Source of the DNA: Klebsormidium nitens
Taxonomy: Eukaryota > Plantae > Klebsormidiophyceae
Length of the DNA stretch: 64,000 nucleotides
Assembly (NCBI GenBank): GCA_000708835.1
Contig: DF237206.1
Location: 1 to 64,000 of the forward strand
Reading direction: 5' to 3'
This document shows positions 21,577-34,235 of this stretch, one piece after another. A program made the position numbers and the translations under genes. The first letter of the stretch is position 1. The number at the start of each line of letters is the position of its first letter. A model generated the notes under the pieces. That model did not search any database and was not told where the DNA came from. It worked only from the letters and a program-made list of their open reading frames with translations.

Positions 21577-23249
21577 CCAATTCCTCTAAGCTTTGTCTAC
21601 ATCCTGATCTCTACGCCTTGTACCCAGATCATTTCTGCGTGTCACTTCTGCATCGATAATATCACTTCTGACATAAGCTTAAAACTGCTTTCTGCAGATT
21701 GCCGGTTCGTGAAACTGGAGTAACAACTGTTCGAGAATAAGATTTGCTAACACCCCAAGGAGTTTGAGATTAGAACAATAAGAGCAGTGTTACAGGCCTT
21801 TGAGTTTGTGCACACTTACCAAAACGGAAGATAGTACAATTTTTCTGTAGGGCAATAAAGGGGGTAGGAAGACTTGCAGAGAAAGTGCAATATTCTGAGC
21901 CCCATCTTTGGACGACGTTCTGAATTTGAAATTCTGTCTCAAAAAACATACCCACCAGCTCATACATGGCATACGAGCATTTCTGCAATTTCCAACATTC
22001 CTCATCTCGTGAACAACAGGCTGATCATGCAATAACTCCACCAGTCGTCATCTTAACTACTAATCATCGGTTGCTAACCTACAATTTCTCTATTTCTCCA
22101 TGTGAAAGATGGTATAAAGTATATTGTGTAACAATCACTCCCCTTCACGGATTGAAAGTGATATGTACAGCTTGCAAGACTGCAAGCAATAGCCTTATAA
22201 CACTTTCCAAACGGTGAAAATCAATTTAACCTGTTTCAACTACAACTATATTCAAGGAATGTATGACGAAGAACAAAATCGTATAAGTCTGTATGACAAA
22301 TTCGAGCATGGTTAAGCTCGAACGTGAAAACTTTACTCAGTGCACATTTCTCCACAATCACACCAGTAATTGGCTATGAAATCCTATTACCGATCAAAGT
22401 CGCAGATGCGTAGGCCGGAATATGGTCATGTAATATGCTCATCATTACTTTAAATACTCCTCGATCAGTACCACTAGTTAGTATGCAGAGGCATGTGTAT
22501 CCGATTATATATATGCACAGATGCATGCCCCATGCCACACAGCTCTTGCATGGTCATGCATGCAAAAAGATTGCAGGGAAGCCAAAAGTGTAGTTGATTT
22601 GTTGAACTGCAGGCTAAAACGATTGTCGGTCATTGGATCGGAATGATAACAGTGTCCAACGTCCAGTTCTTACGTACATATTAGACGGCATCTTAGCTGG
22701 GCATGTAGCATGCATGCAGATGTGTACTTAAGCAACATTTGTCCGACCAACAAATTATGCATTGCAACATCTAAAACCATTCGAAACAAGGATTGGTCAG
22801 TATCAAGTGCAATCCAATCCTTGACTCAAACAACAGTCTTTGAAAACAGACGTACTGCATGAATGGCGAGAAATTCCAGACCGGACGAAGAACGGCTGCA
22901 TCCTTCAACATGGCATGCAATTTATCAGCGGTTTACAAACTTTGTACTTTGTTCCAAGTAACCCCTAAAAGTCAGATGCGGAGCATGGCCAACCGGCGGC
23001 TATGTGACCATACCGTGCAGAGTTCCACAATTTCTAGCGCCCCAAGGAATCCCTGAAAACTGCGGTTGTGGAACGAGCACTTCCAATATGTACACACAGG
23101 CGATTGGAGGTCGAACATTGTATAGTCAAATCGCACGTTCCGATGCTAGCTCTCCGACACTAGCAGCATGATGGGCACACCCTGCTAACTCGCTCTGATG
23201 CGTTACAGCTCTATTATGTACAGAGAAACCGGGTTTCGAAGCACGCATC

Positions 23250-26200
23250 TTAACCTTCGGGCCCTTCTATTTGGGTCTCGTCCGTTGGGGGAGGCGCCGG
23301 GGGCATGCACGCGACCCCAGCGTCACCCGCGTATCGGCAGAGCGCTTCTGCGTCTCTCAACGTGCCCTCGAGCTCGATTCGCCCGCTCAGGTCGTTGATA
23401 AACTTCAACAACGTGTCGAACTCCATCTGTGTAGGGATGAATAGCTCGCTGTCAACACACCGTGAAGGAGAACCAAACAACTTCGACGTTGCAAGGGAAT
23501 TGATCAGCAACTTCCGCTTCCAGGCGCTCCGCCGTCGGGACTTTGGCAGGCAACTAAGTGCGGATGCAGAAGCAAGGGCTTCGGTCACTTAGACAAAACA
23601 CTCATTACTGATTACTCAGAAGCAACTGCCAACGAGGTGTCCTCTTAAAACTTCTGCAGAGCCTCCACTGCACAATCAATAGCATGCAAACAAACTCGAT
23701 AGCATTTCGTACCACCATTCAAGAAGTAGGCGTCGTGTTAGCTGAGGCAACAACAGTAGAAACATTTCTGATTGAAGATTTGAAAGAGCTAAAGACAAGC
23801 TTGGCACGATCACAAACTAGACAACCAGAAGTGATTTCACTCACAAAATTACGAAGCTTCTCATCAAGTCACTTCAGAGATTGAGAGGGCGTAGACTCTT
23901 TGACATGCAGTGTCTTCAATTAAGCCATAAACCGGCGGCTCACTCTTGTCTGAATCTCATTTCCTTCAAAGAGATACACCGGCCACGAAATGCGAGTAGG
24001 AAAACAAGAAGAAGTGCGGCCGCACCTGCTCGTCCATAATCTTGCGCCGGTGACGCTTGAGCACCGCAACGCACACGTACAGGTGGAAGTGGTCCGACAG
24101 GTAGCGGCTCCAGAGCACCTCCCACAGCCGCAGAACGTTGTCGTACTCGAACTCTCTGCACACGTCAGTGGACACGTCAGCACCGCAGCGGGTCAAGAGC
24201 TAGGGCTTGAAGCTGGACCGTGTGACGTCATCTCAAGCTGGGGGACAACTTCCGGTTTGAGAGGGTACCTGGGGATACGAGGGCTTCCTGACCAAGACTC
24301 CGACAAAGCAGACTGATGTCCAATCAAAGCATTCCTCTGAAGCGCGGAGCACATACATTCAAAACCGCTTCTCAGCAAGCCCGGTTCAAAGGCCGGCTGC
24401 TCGAAGAAGGCGACAGAAAGCAAGACTACTGTGCATACGCTGCAAGCTTCCCCTCAATCACGGCAGGAAAGTGGACCAAAGGGCACCGAAACCCTTTGGC
24501 AAGACGACGGCAAGACAGGTCGTCGCAACACTCACCGTTTGAAGTGGATGAGGATCCACCGGAAGCAGAAAAAGTAGTTGAGGCAGTCCACCTGGCGGAA
24601 GTAGTCGTCCAAGGGGGGGTCCAGCAGCTTGACCAACTAGACAGGGGAGGAAAAAGGTGTCATGATTCTGACGTTGAGGTGAATCATTGACTGGCCAGCA
24701 AAACATTCTAAGCAGATATTTCGTACTCGTCCCAAGTCAAAGCGTACAAAGGCACGTCGAATCAAAGATTGACTCCATCTTGTTCAATAATGCAAACGGC
24801 ACGAAGATCCTCGACCTTGTCAAGAGTGCGCTAAGCTCCTTAAGCACACTGCAAAACAACCGAATGACCTTTCACGTACCGCATATTGTAATGATTCTCC
24901 AGGGCGAGCGCCTTGAACCTAGACATCTTGAAAACCCCAAAATCCCGAAACCCTGACAATCACCACACCTTGCGCAGGGAGAGCAGCTAGGAGTGCATCC
25001 CGTTCTGATCGTGGTGGCATAGCGCCCTGAAACCTGGATTTGGATCCCTGACACACTATCCTGGAACCCCTGAGATTCTGGAACCCTGACACTAGCCCCA
25101 CCTTGCGGAGAGAGAGCAGCTGGGAGTGCATGCCGTTCTGGTCGCGGTGGAAGTTGGAGGCCATGCGCTCCATGAGCGCCGCAAAGCACCAAAACGCGTC
25201 CACCTCGTCGTCCATGACGTACAGGATCGGGGACAGCAGGTCGCTCATGCCCTGCCAATCACATAGTGCCACGTGTCAAACTTCACGCCCGCTCTTGTTG
25301 GTGGGGTTGGTACAGCTTTCACGACGTTCTTATCAATGGAAAGCTTGCAGAGGGATCCAATTCGCTCCCCTGGCTCTCGTCCCTGAGTGTCAGTCGCGAA
25401 AGTAGCGGTTGCAATGCGCCAGTAGTCAAGCCGCCACATGTCGCTTTCTGCTGTACCCTTTTGTTACATCAAGGAGAGGTCTACAAAACTTCCAGAAAGC
25501 CGGTACGATTTACTACCTCTCAACTTGCATTCGCTTCTACGATAAAACATCGGTCCACACTTGACCATTCCATCTGTCTTGTCACCCTCTCTTCACCATC
25601 TTTTCACCATTCACTATTTCAAGACAAGAACAAAGTTGCAAACCTCACCTGGCAGTACCCCAGGTCAAAGTTGTAGAACGAGTACGTGATGAGGATGCTA
25701 CGCAGCGCCTCGACGTTGGGGTTGTCGTCCCCCGCGTAGAACGGCAGCGTGCGGTCCGTCCGCACCACGTCCTTGTCCACGCGGCTCTTGCGCTCCCGGA
25801 ACTTGGCGAACTTCTTGGCCTGCAGCGCGGCAGAGAATACAGGTCATGGACAAATCATCTGGATGGGATTATGACCCGATGGGCTTGTTGAAACCAGTGA
25901 AGTGAGGCACTTGCGCTGCCGAAATTCAGCATTCTTCTTGACCTGCAACGCGGCAAAACAGATCAGGATGTGGGCGGAAACACACATGTGAAACTTCAAC
26001 CACATTGGCTTCGCCAAAAACATGCCAGTGGCGAGTTCTTTGCGTTACCGGAATTTGGCGTCGCTCCCTCATTCTCTGTGACCGTCGAGGTGCATTCGCA
26101 AGACCTAAGCAAGCCCGTCGGAGGACATTTTTCAGAGCGTCCAACTGATCTATCCGGCTCACCACTACAATCAGACTTCAAATTGAACCAAACAATACTC

Positions 26201-29200
26201 GGAAACAAGATGCCCTGCGGTATTGTATCTACTTGCTAGCCAGAAGCTTGTAGTAGTATGAATGCAGCGCGGTGCGGTTCCCCGGTATCCTACCTGGTCT
26301 TCCGAGACGCTCTGCCACTGCCCCTTGAGCACCTCATACTCCTTGGCTTTGTTCGCTTGGAGCGCCTTCCGCTCGGCCCGCGTCGATTCGTACGGGAAGT
26401 AGCCCAACAAAAACTTCCACACCTGAAGGTGAGCAGAAGCAAAACGTTGCAAGGGCCACTTTGGCGAATGGAACTGAGTCTGAGTCTGCTGGTCACAGGT
26501 GATGCTTTGCCCTGCACTGACGTCGTCGTGACTGCTGCGCAAGTCCACCCCATGCTGAATCTTACCAACTTGTGAACAAGGCAATCGGAAGGTAAGTGCG
26601 TACACAAGGCTTACAGAGGACAACATGGCTCACACAGTTTGCCAAAACAGGGAAGCACGGAACGGATGCGCTTGTTCTTTTCAAGAGGTGAAAGACTGGG
26701 TGGAAGAAGGACGTGGACTTCCAGTCGCCAATCCATCACCCGTCTATTTTCCGAATCAAGGGCAGCAGCTTGAGCCATCAACCGATGCTGGGGATAGCAA
26801 AGAGGGCTGGATTCAGATTGGCGGCTCTGTAATCACGTGCTCCTTCCACGGGTTCTGACACCTACGTAACAAGCACCGAAGCAGCAAACGGAAGCGCATC
26901 CCTCACCTCCCGCCGCATATCCGGCTCCACCCCCCCGTGAAACACGCGCTTCCGCAGGCCCGCAGGGTCGGACACGCGTCCCTCGCTGTCCAAAAAGGTG
27001 GCCCACTCTTCCGCCCCGAGGGGGGGTGGGCGGGGCCGGCCCCAAACTAGAGCGGGGGACTCCTCCTCCAAGCCGTCGACCAGCTCAAACGCGCCGAGGC
27101 TCGACAACTCGGGCTCGTCCTGCAGAATGGAAAGAGAGATATTTTGAAAGTGGGCGTAGGCCATGCATTGAAACCTGTCCTCATCCTCCCTCATCGTACG
27201 GATCTAACGCCCCAAGTCGGCTGATCATTCAATCTGGTCCTTCAGAGAAACCTCAAAATAGCTGTGTATGCATCTCCGGAGCTGAAATCCGGCGCCCACT
27301 GACGTCGAATCAGCCAAGCAAAGCAGGAGCCCGGACCTCCAGACACGGCCGAATCTTACTTCGAAGGAGTTATGGAACTTCTGTAGAAAAGCATGAGACA
27401 GGAGCTGAACCAGGGCTGCCCGATCATCTTTAGTGGATACTGGGGACAAGCAATCCCACGAGCAGCGAAGTGCAAAGAGGGAAAGAAAGACGGGAGCTCT
27501 TGAAAGCTTGCAGACGTTTTCAATTCACGTCGACGACTTGTTTGATACCCGACCCAAAACCTCCGCCTAGTGCTCGAAGCCCTAGGCTTTTGCCAGCAAA
27601 GCCCAACTTCCGGCAGCTCTCCGTTACTTACCTTGTCTTCTTCCATTCTGCTCCCTGCGCCCGCATCTCCCGCCCCCCTGCCCGGGAGGGCTTCCCCGAG
27701 CCCGGCGCTGGGCTGCCTCTGCACTGCTGGCGCGACCGGGGGAGGAACGGGGGCTCTCTCCGGGAGACCGAGCATCCCGCTCCGAGCCAGCGGGCGGTCG
27801 TTTTGGCCCGAGAGCTGGGTGGTCGCGTCACGGACAAACCGGGTGACCTTGGAGAACTGGGTGAGGATGTGGATAGAGGCGTCGCGCAGGGGGTCGACAT
27901 GCTGCGGGGATTGAGGGGGGGGGACGTCAAAAGTCTCTTTAAAGGGGTGGTTTAAGAGGTCTCTGTAGGGGGGTAAGCCTCGTATTCTCAACAGGGGGTT
28001 TAACAAATGGAACAGAAAGATTCCGGTTGCTATTGAGGAAAGTCTGAGAGGTTTAGTGACATCGCAAAGGCGGAGGCAGAACCGAACTTGTTCAAGTGGC
28101 ACTTTAACAGTGAGACGCGAATGCAAATCCGAAGCAGCCTTGACTTCGCAAGACGGAAACAACTTTTAAAACATTCATCAACCTCACCTTCTGCGGCAGC
28201 CGGTCAAGCACCCCTCCCTCAGGCCCGCGCCTGCTGACGACCAAGGGCTGCAACGCGCTCCCCCCCTCATCGGGCCCCTCTTGAGCAGAGACACGCTCTT
28301 CTTCTAGCGGCTCAAGCTCGCGCACGGGGGTCACCGCCTCGGGAAGGTCTAGTGACGTCAGGCTTCGCTGGAGAGGGTCCTGGATGTCATTCACCAGGTA
28401 GACGTTGGCGTCCTCTGCGGAGCGGACGAGCAGGGCGTGCTCCTTGAGAACCCCGAGGAACTCCTTGACGCCGCCGTTGTGGAAGTAGAGGGGGGGGAAG
28501 GCCAGGCCTGCGAGGGATAAAGGTGGATAATGTCAGAAAGGACAAGAAAACGAGGACAGAAAACTGCAAGTGAAGAGAAGACTAAAAGAGCAGAACGAGC
28601 AGAGGAATGTACCTGAAGGCTAAAAAGAAACATGGGTAGCAACGAGGAAGACTCCAGAAAGGGGTCGTTGAGGAAATAAAAGAATGTGGAAGATGCCGTA
28701 TTGTTATTGAGAGGGACGCTATGAACAAATGTCAAAAGATGGGTGTATGGAAGATAAGAATTGCCATCGGGTATACACAGCAGGCGTTGCCTTCCTCGCA
28801 AATGGCCTGACTGTGGCAATTCAAGCATAATTCACAATCTTTTAACTTTTCGCTCCTCAGGCAAATCAAGAAAAGACTTGTCAGAGCCGCATCTTTCTGC
28901 CCCTGCGCCTAAAGCAGCCCAATCCCGTCAGTCGAATGAGGTTTGCAATGGCAAGTCAGCGGAGCCAGACCATATACAGTTCCCCTTGTCGTCAAGAACG
29001 CGAGGCTCAACATCTGCGGACCTGACGAACCTGGAGCAGCGCCTCACCTGTTGTCAGAACCACAATGATGTAATTCCACCCCAGCGTGGGCGTGTGGCGC
29101 CGGATGGAGCGTATCTCAGAAAGAGACACTGCTCTGATGGTGTACAGATTCCTGTCCTTGTCCTTGCGGCCAGGAGCCTGAGGGGGCGTCACTGGTGCGC

Positions 29201-29994
29201 CTTCACTTGGGGAGAGAATAAGCCCAGAATCATCTGCTATGCCACTCTGGTTGTACGGGATCCAGGTCTGGAAGCACAAACAAGAGAGGGTTGGCTAGAT
29301 TGCCTCGTTGAGGACCTGAGAGAATACAACCTGTTCAGGACAGGCATTTTAACTTGTTCGGGTGGGAGGCCTTAAGTTGACACTGGTCCTATTGAGAGGT
29401 AGCCCTGAATTTGCACTCTTGAAATGGGGGCGCCGCTGAAAACTGGATTTCCCTGCGAGTTAAACTCGAGTAATCACATCATGTGAATTTCAGTTGAAGC
29501 ATGTACAACCAACTTGCACAATCATGACCTTTTAGCAACATTATCTATCCTTGGCAAGCCAGAAGTGACAACACAGCCCACTTACGCACACCCCAAACCT
29601 GTGTTGAAGCACGTACTATCCTTTATAGGGACCATCGAGGTCCCATTCCAATGTCTGACAAGGAGCGCTGTGAAAGTTGATGTGACTGATTGAACAAACG
29701 CACAAGGGCAGGCCTGAAGTTGCATTCCCCTCTGCTGAAATGAACAGGTCGACGGGAGGAGTAGCACACTGAGGTATATTTTCCGTCAACACAGCTTTGA
29801 GGTCAGATTAAGTAAACGGGACCCCTCACCAGAAAGACGGACTGCCCTTGCTTGATCAGCTTCAGCCGGCCCGAGATGCGCTCGTTTGCAAGAGGGCTAG
29901 GGTGTACTGACACATTGTCCTTGATATAGACCACCTCATAGGTTCCTGTTGGCCCTGAGGAGGCCTGCTCTCCAGATGACTCAGCAGAAGCCAT
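23250..29994 (-). CDS. TBC-domain Rab GTPase-activating protein, TBC1D15/GYP7-like (about 11 exons)
   Basis: N-terminal VYIKDNVSVHP..ERISGRLKLIKQG and LAFPPLYFHNGG; TBC motifs RKRVFHGGVEPDMRREVWKFLLGY, VDKDVVRTDR, YCQGMSDLLSPI, YFFCFRWILIHFKREF, LWEVLW, FHLYVCVAVL. Confidence 0.95.
24962..25016 (-). repeat. Intronic copy of the last 48 nt and 5' splice site of the TBC exon ending at 25102
   Basis: 42/48 identical, offset 133 nt, GT retained, CAG->TAG. Confidence 0.93.
25906..25960 (-). repeat. Intronic copy of the 3' splice site and first 37 nt of the TBC exon starting at 25819
   Basis: TGCCGCGTTGCAG|GTCAAGAAG...CGGCAGCGCAAG versus TGCCGCGCTGCAG|GCCAAGAAG...CGGGAGCGCAAG, offset 123 nt. Confidence 0.88.
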
Positions 29995-31481
29995 GGCGGC
30001 GTGCTGAGTTGATTGTCTGCAGGGAAAACACATGTTACTAGCAAACTCCTCTACAAAGCATCAGGGCCTAGACATAGGCACTTCGGCCCATAAAGTTAGT
30101 GTCCCTGATGTTTCCAAGACTGTGTCAATTGAGCACAACAACAATGTTTGAGCCATTGACTGACTATGAAGCGTAAGCACTGGCTTGACATCCATTCTGC
30201 AGCAGGTTCTGCACTGCTTTCCAAGAGCGGCTTTGCGGTGAAATCACCACGTTACACCCGACCGTAAACTACTTCCCGGCAGGTCTACCCTCTCGGTCAG
30301 TTGTGACAAGAAAACTCCCCGCAGCTTGTTCCAAGCCCTCCTCTTTCTCAAAAAGAAGCAGCACACAGCATTCTCATTCCCTGGCTCTCAGATGCATGCT
30401 TCTCTAATGCGGACCGGCAATTGACTGGAACTTCATATAGGTACCCTCGAAGAAAGGCTACATGCACTTCGCAAAACCACCGCCGCCGGCCAGGTTCCCA
30501 AAAATCAATCAGACCTCGACTAACTTACCGCTGAGCCTCTTGTATATTTCAACCTCTGCCGTCAGACCACAAGCTCAAAGGGAGCCTGCCACTATATGCC
30601 CTCTGCGGACCACAAAAGGGACCGCCCTCCCTTGCACCCGCTTTCAAGTTCCGTGAATCTCCTGGCAAACCTCTCAAGCTCCGAAGGTTGCAAGGAGTGA
30701 GGACAATTCGACTCGAAAAGCCCTGCTACTACAGCTAGCACACCGCAAGCAGACATAAACCTCGACCTCCTTGCAATCTTCTCGCTCCTTCCCTCAGCTT
30801 GGGGGCTTCTTCTTTCCCCCAGGCCCAGGGCCAGGGCCAGGGCCAGACTCGAGATGAGGCTGGAGGCTGGAGGCTATCAACAGTACGTTAAAGGGAGCTG
30901 ACCGTATAAATCAGGGTATAAATCTGGATATCGCAGCCATTCCTGGCCATATGTCTACTACAACAGTCTTGTAATATTAGTCTGATACACCTTATGGCGG
31001 TATCGTCGTAGACGAAGTGATAGTATTGCCTGCTTCTTTGAGTCTTCGACTGCGAGTGCAAATCTTCTGCGAAACCGTGGCTTATGCTGTTGCAATGCCA
31101 GCCAACCTACCGGGAACCTACCAGAATATATAAGTTTCTGAATTACATACAGTATTCAGCCCCAGGGCCCACAGATTAGGGTTCTGAACTTCACACCTGC
31201 TTGCAAGCTCAAGCTGTTCAAACACTACTACTACAAGTAGTAATACCTGTGCTCTCCCGCCATCCATGCAGGCGCAAGCTTGCTAGCAGTGAAGCAAGGA
31301 CGGTGTAAAGGGCCATTGGCAGGACTAGCCAGGGCCGATTGCCAGCTCTTTCACCTCAAAAGAGCGTTTCTTGTAAATCTTCAGTTCTTCTGACGAAGCT
31401 ACGCATGTGGCATTGAGAAACAATTCTGCAGAGCACATTCTCACAAGGCCTCAAACGAGCAGACTTTTGCATCTCCCAAAG

Positions 31482-31674
31482 ATGGCAGTTCTTGTCTCGA
31501 GGCTTGCAAGCGGCAGCTTCCAGTCCGTGCCTGTGAAAAGGGGTTTGGCTGCAGCGTTGGCCATTCTAAGCGGGTCTGCTGCAGCATACCTTTGGACCAC
31601 TAGGACTTCAGGGCTGGCCAGTCAGGGGGTGGTGGACTCCTTTGTTAATGTAGAGCAACAGCAGCAGCCAGAAG
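31482..31674 (+). CDS. First exon of a small unknown protein with a basic presequence-like N-terminus and a hydrophobic segment; downstream exons unresolved
   Basis: MAVLVSRLASGSFQSVPVKRGLAAALAILSGSAAAYLW... ending at donor G|gtatgg; divergent from the TBC gene, with a TATA-like element near 31128. Confidence 0.4.
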
Positions 31675-34235
31675 GTATGGTTTTCAAAACACTTGGGTGT
31701 AGAAAGAGAAACTTAGTCAGTTTCCTGGACAACTAAACGAAATTGCAGTTCCCCTGTTACTTATCTGATCACCAGCTTCTGTAATCATGGCACAGCAAAG
31801 TCTGAGGGTGCCTGTTATTCTCACAAGGAACAAGGTCTTAAGAGAATGTCCAGGGCTTTGTCCTTCAGAAGTTTGTAAAAGATACACTTTTTGAGTGTGT
31901 GTCCAGCTCAGCGATTGTAGCATTCGCTGCCTACTGGTGGTGCGGTTTGTGGTACACCGAGGAATTGCCCAGGGCTCCTTTGAGAGTTGTCCAGAGCTCC
32001 AGCTCAAGCCTCATTGCATCCATTAGAGAGAAATCGATTCTGGTTTGCAAGTGGGGCGAACCAGAGAAAGGTTGTTGCCCCTGTTGATGTCCAATCGAAT
32101 TGGTTGGTACAATGTTTCATAAGAAACTCCAGAAAGGGGGCCACTTTCTGTTAGGCAGTCGACAAGTGGTTGAGTTATGACACTCTCTGTCCAGAAATCA
32201 TCGTGCCATGTCCCCGCTCATTGCAGCTCCCATGGACTTCAAGTAAGTTAAACCCGTAATGACAGCCTCTGGAAGTCATACATCACCTCTGGAAAGAGCA
32301 ATCAGGATCAATCAGCTTGGAAGGGGTTCGGTCGGGCTTGACGCCCCCTCTTCTGTGGTGCTTGTGCAGAGGTGGCTCATGACTGCGACTGCGCCCCTCT
32401 CTGGAACTGCATCCAAGAAGGCAGGGGAGATTGCGATGTTTTAGAAAGAGGCCTTCGGAGCTGCCTCGCTAGACAAAAGGTGAGCCATCCGCAGGAACCA
32501 GCTGGTTCATGTGCATTTCTGCAGACAAGATGGTGGGTGAAGTCCCTTGCGGCGTGCACACCGTTGTGCCTTTTCTATAGATTGGAGTTTGGATGAGAAG
32601 AGTGTTCGGGAGGATGGATGTGGGTAGCCGACTGAGTTTCTTGGATGCTCGATAAAGACCAAATTTGCAAGTTTCTCCACAGGGCGTCTTATATGTCCGG
32701 TTAAATTTTCCAGGTTTGGACTCAGGAATTCCCAATTTGAACGAGGATTTTTCTTGCAGACATGACGCTGTACTGGGCAGCTGGAGCATTTGGGCGGTGT
32801 CGGTAGGCTTGTAAAAAGAGGTCATTTTAGAGAAGAGCACACTTGGTGATGAAGGTGACCTTAGCTCCTGGCATCTGTACATACAGGTACGTGCCATCAA
32901 CTAGGACTTCGTTAGGAATGCCGGGAGTGACTGTACAATCATAGTCTAATAGTCTTGTGTGTTTGTAAGACCGGACCGCTGTTGCAGGTTAGTATGTTAG
33001 GTAAAATCTTCAGTCACTGCGCTTAGATTTGAGCAAGTATAATTTACCATACAGTATATGTGAGCATGCAAGCTTGGCGGCTGTGCAATTGCATTATCGA
33101 GAGTCCTGCAACTGATCAGCGCGTGCGCCGGACATGATCGACACGATATATGCATCTTGCAATCTGAAAGTGGCAGACAATGAACTTCATGCGTGGCGGA
33201 TGTGCCAGTGCACAAACAGGCATGAAAACCATGCGCACGCGTTTTAGGTCAGCAAAAGCATATGTTAATATCCAATTAGATTGCAATATGCCTATAGATA
33301 TAGCGGTAACTAGATTGCGCCCGAGCAGGCTGCGCGTGCCCAGCTAGGCGGCACACATGGCCTGATGATATGATGGAATCGATCATTCAATCGATCTTCT
33401 TAAAACCCGAGCAACTGATTTTTCGACTTTCAAACTTATGATTGACAATAAGATTGGCCACATCATTGACAAAGGCTCTCAAAATTGCGTGATGCAACTT
33501 CTGGAATCAGCTAACAACTGTAAATGCACCATCACAAAGTACATGCAAACATGAGAAGCCATCCGTTGGATGCAAGAGCCTCAACCCCAGATCGATGTTG
33601 TCTGAAACCGCGAAGTAGCAAAGTGGGGATCTCAAGGAACAAGCAACGGCTTCTGTGATCCCCTGCCCTTCACATCTTCGTAGTCTAAACCGGACCTCTT
33701 GTAAACTCTTCCACAACCTAGCATATATACAGTCCCACATGTGTGGCGAACTTCTCTTGTCTTTCAACAAGACGATGACTGTGATTTACCTGGCTAGCAA
33801 TCCGTGCATGCGTGCAAATGGACAACTACGCGGTGGCTAAGACGTGATCGTGATGCTATGACCTATCGCATTGCATGAAACTACAAGCCTACGCGACAAA
33901 CTTGAGAATTGCAAACAACAGCCAATTGAACATTGCTAGGAAGGGCCCGGAACCCGTCACATTGATCTATGGAAAAGGCGACACCACTCTCCGTACCGTC
34001 ATTCGTAGGTCCGTCTGACCGGCTCCTGCCCGTTAGCAATCCATCCTCGCCCGAAAAAGCACGCCTCCGCACCCTGCCGGTTCTTTCCTCAAATCTTTCC
34101 CTTGCCTTTTCACCCTGAGCGCCAGGCCAACCACCTTGCTTTGCTCAAAGCGGACCCGACCCCTGTAACTCACCCCCACCTGTTCACCTTGGTATCAAAC
34201 CCACCCCATAACCCCTCTCCTGCATCCCTCCCTCT

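Noticed and set aside
22500-22920. Cluster of CATGCA (RY-like) words
   Set aside because: TGCA/CATG words are common throughout this window's intergenic DNA, and there is no adjacent 5' gene end.
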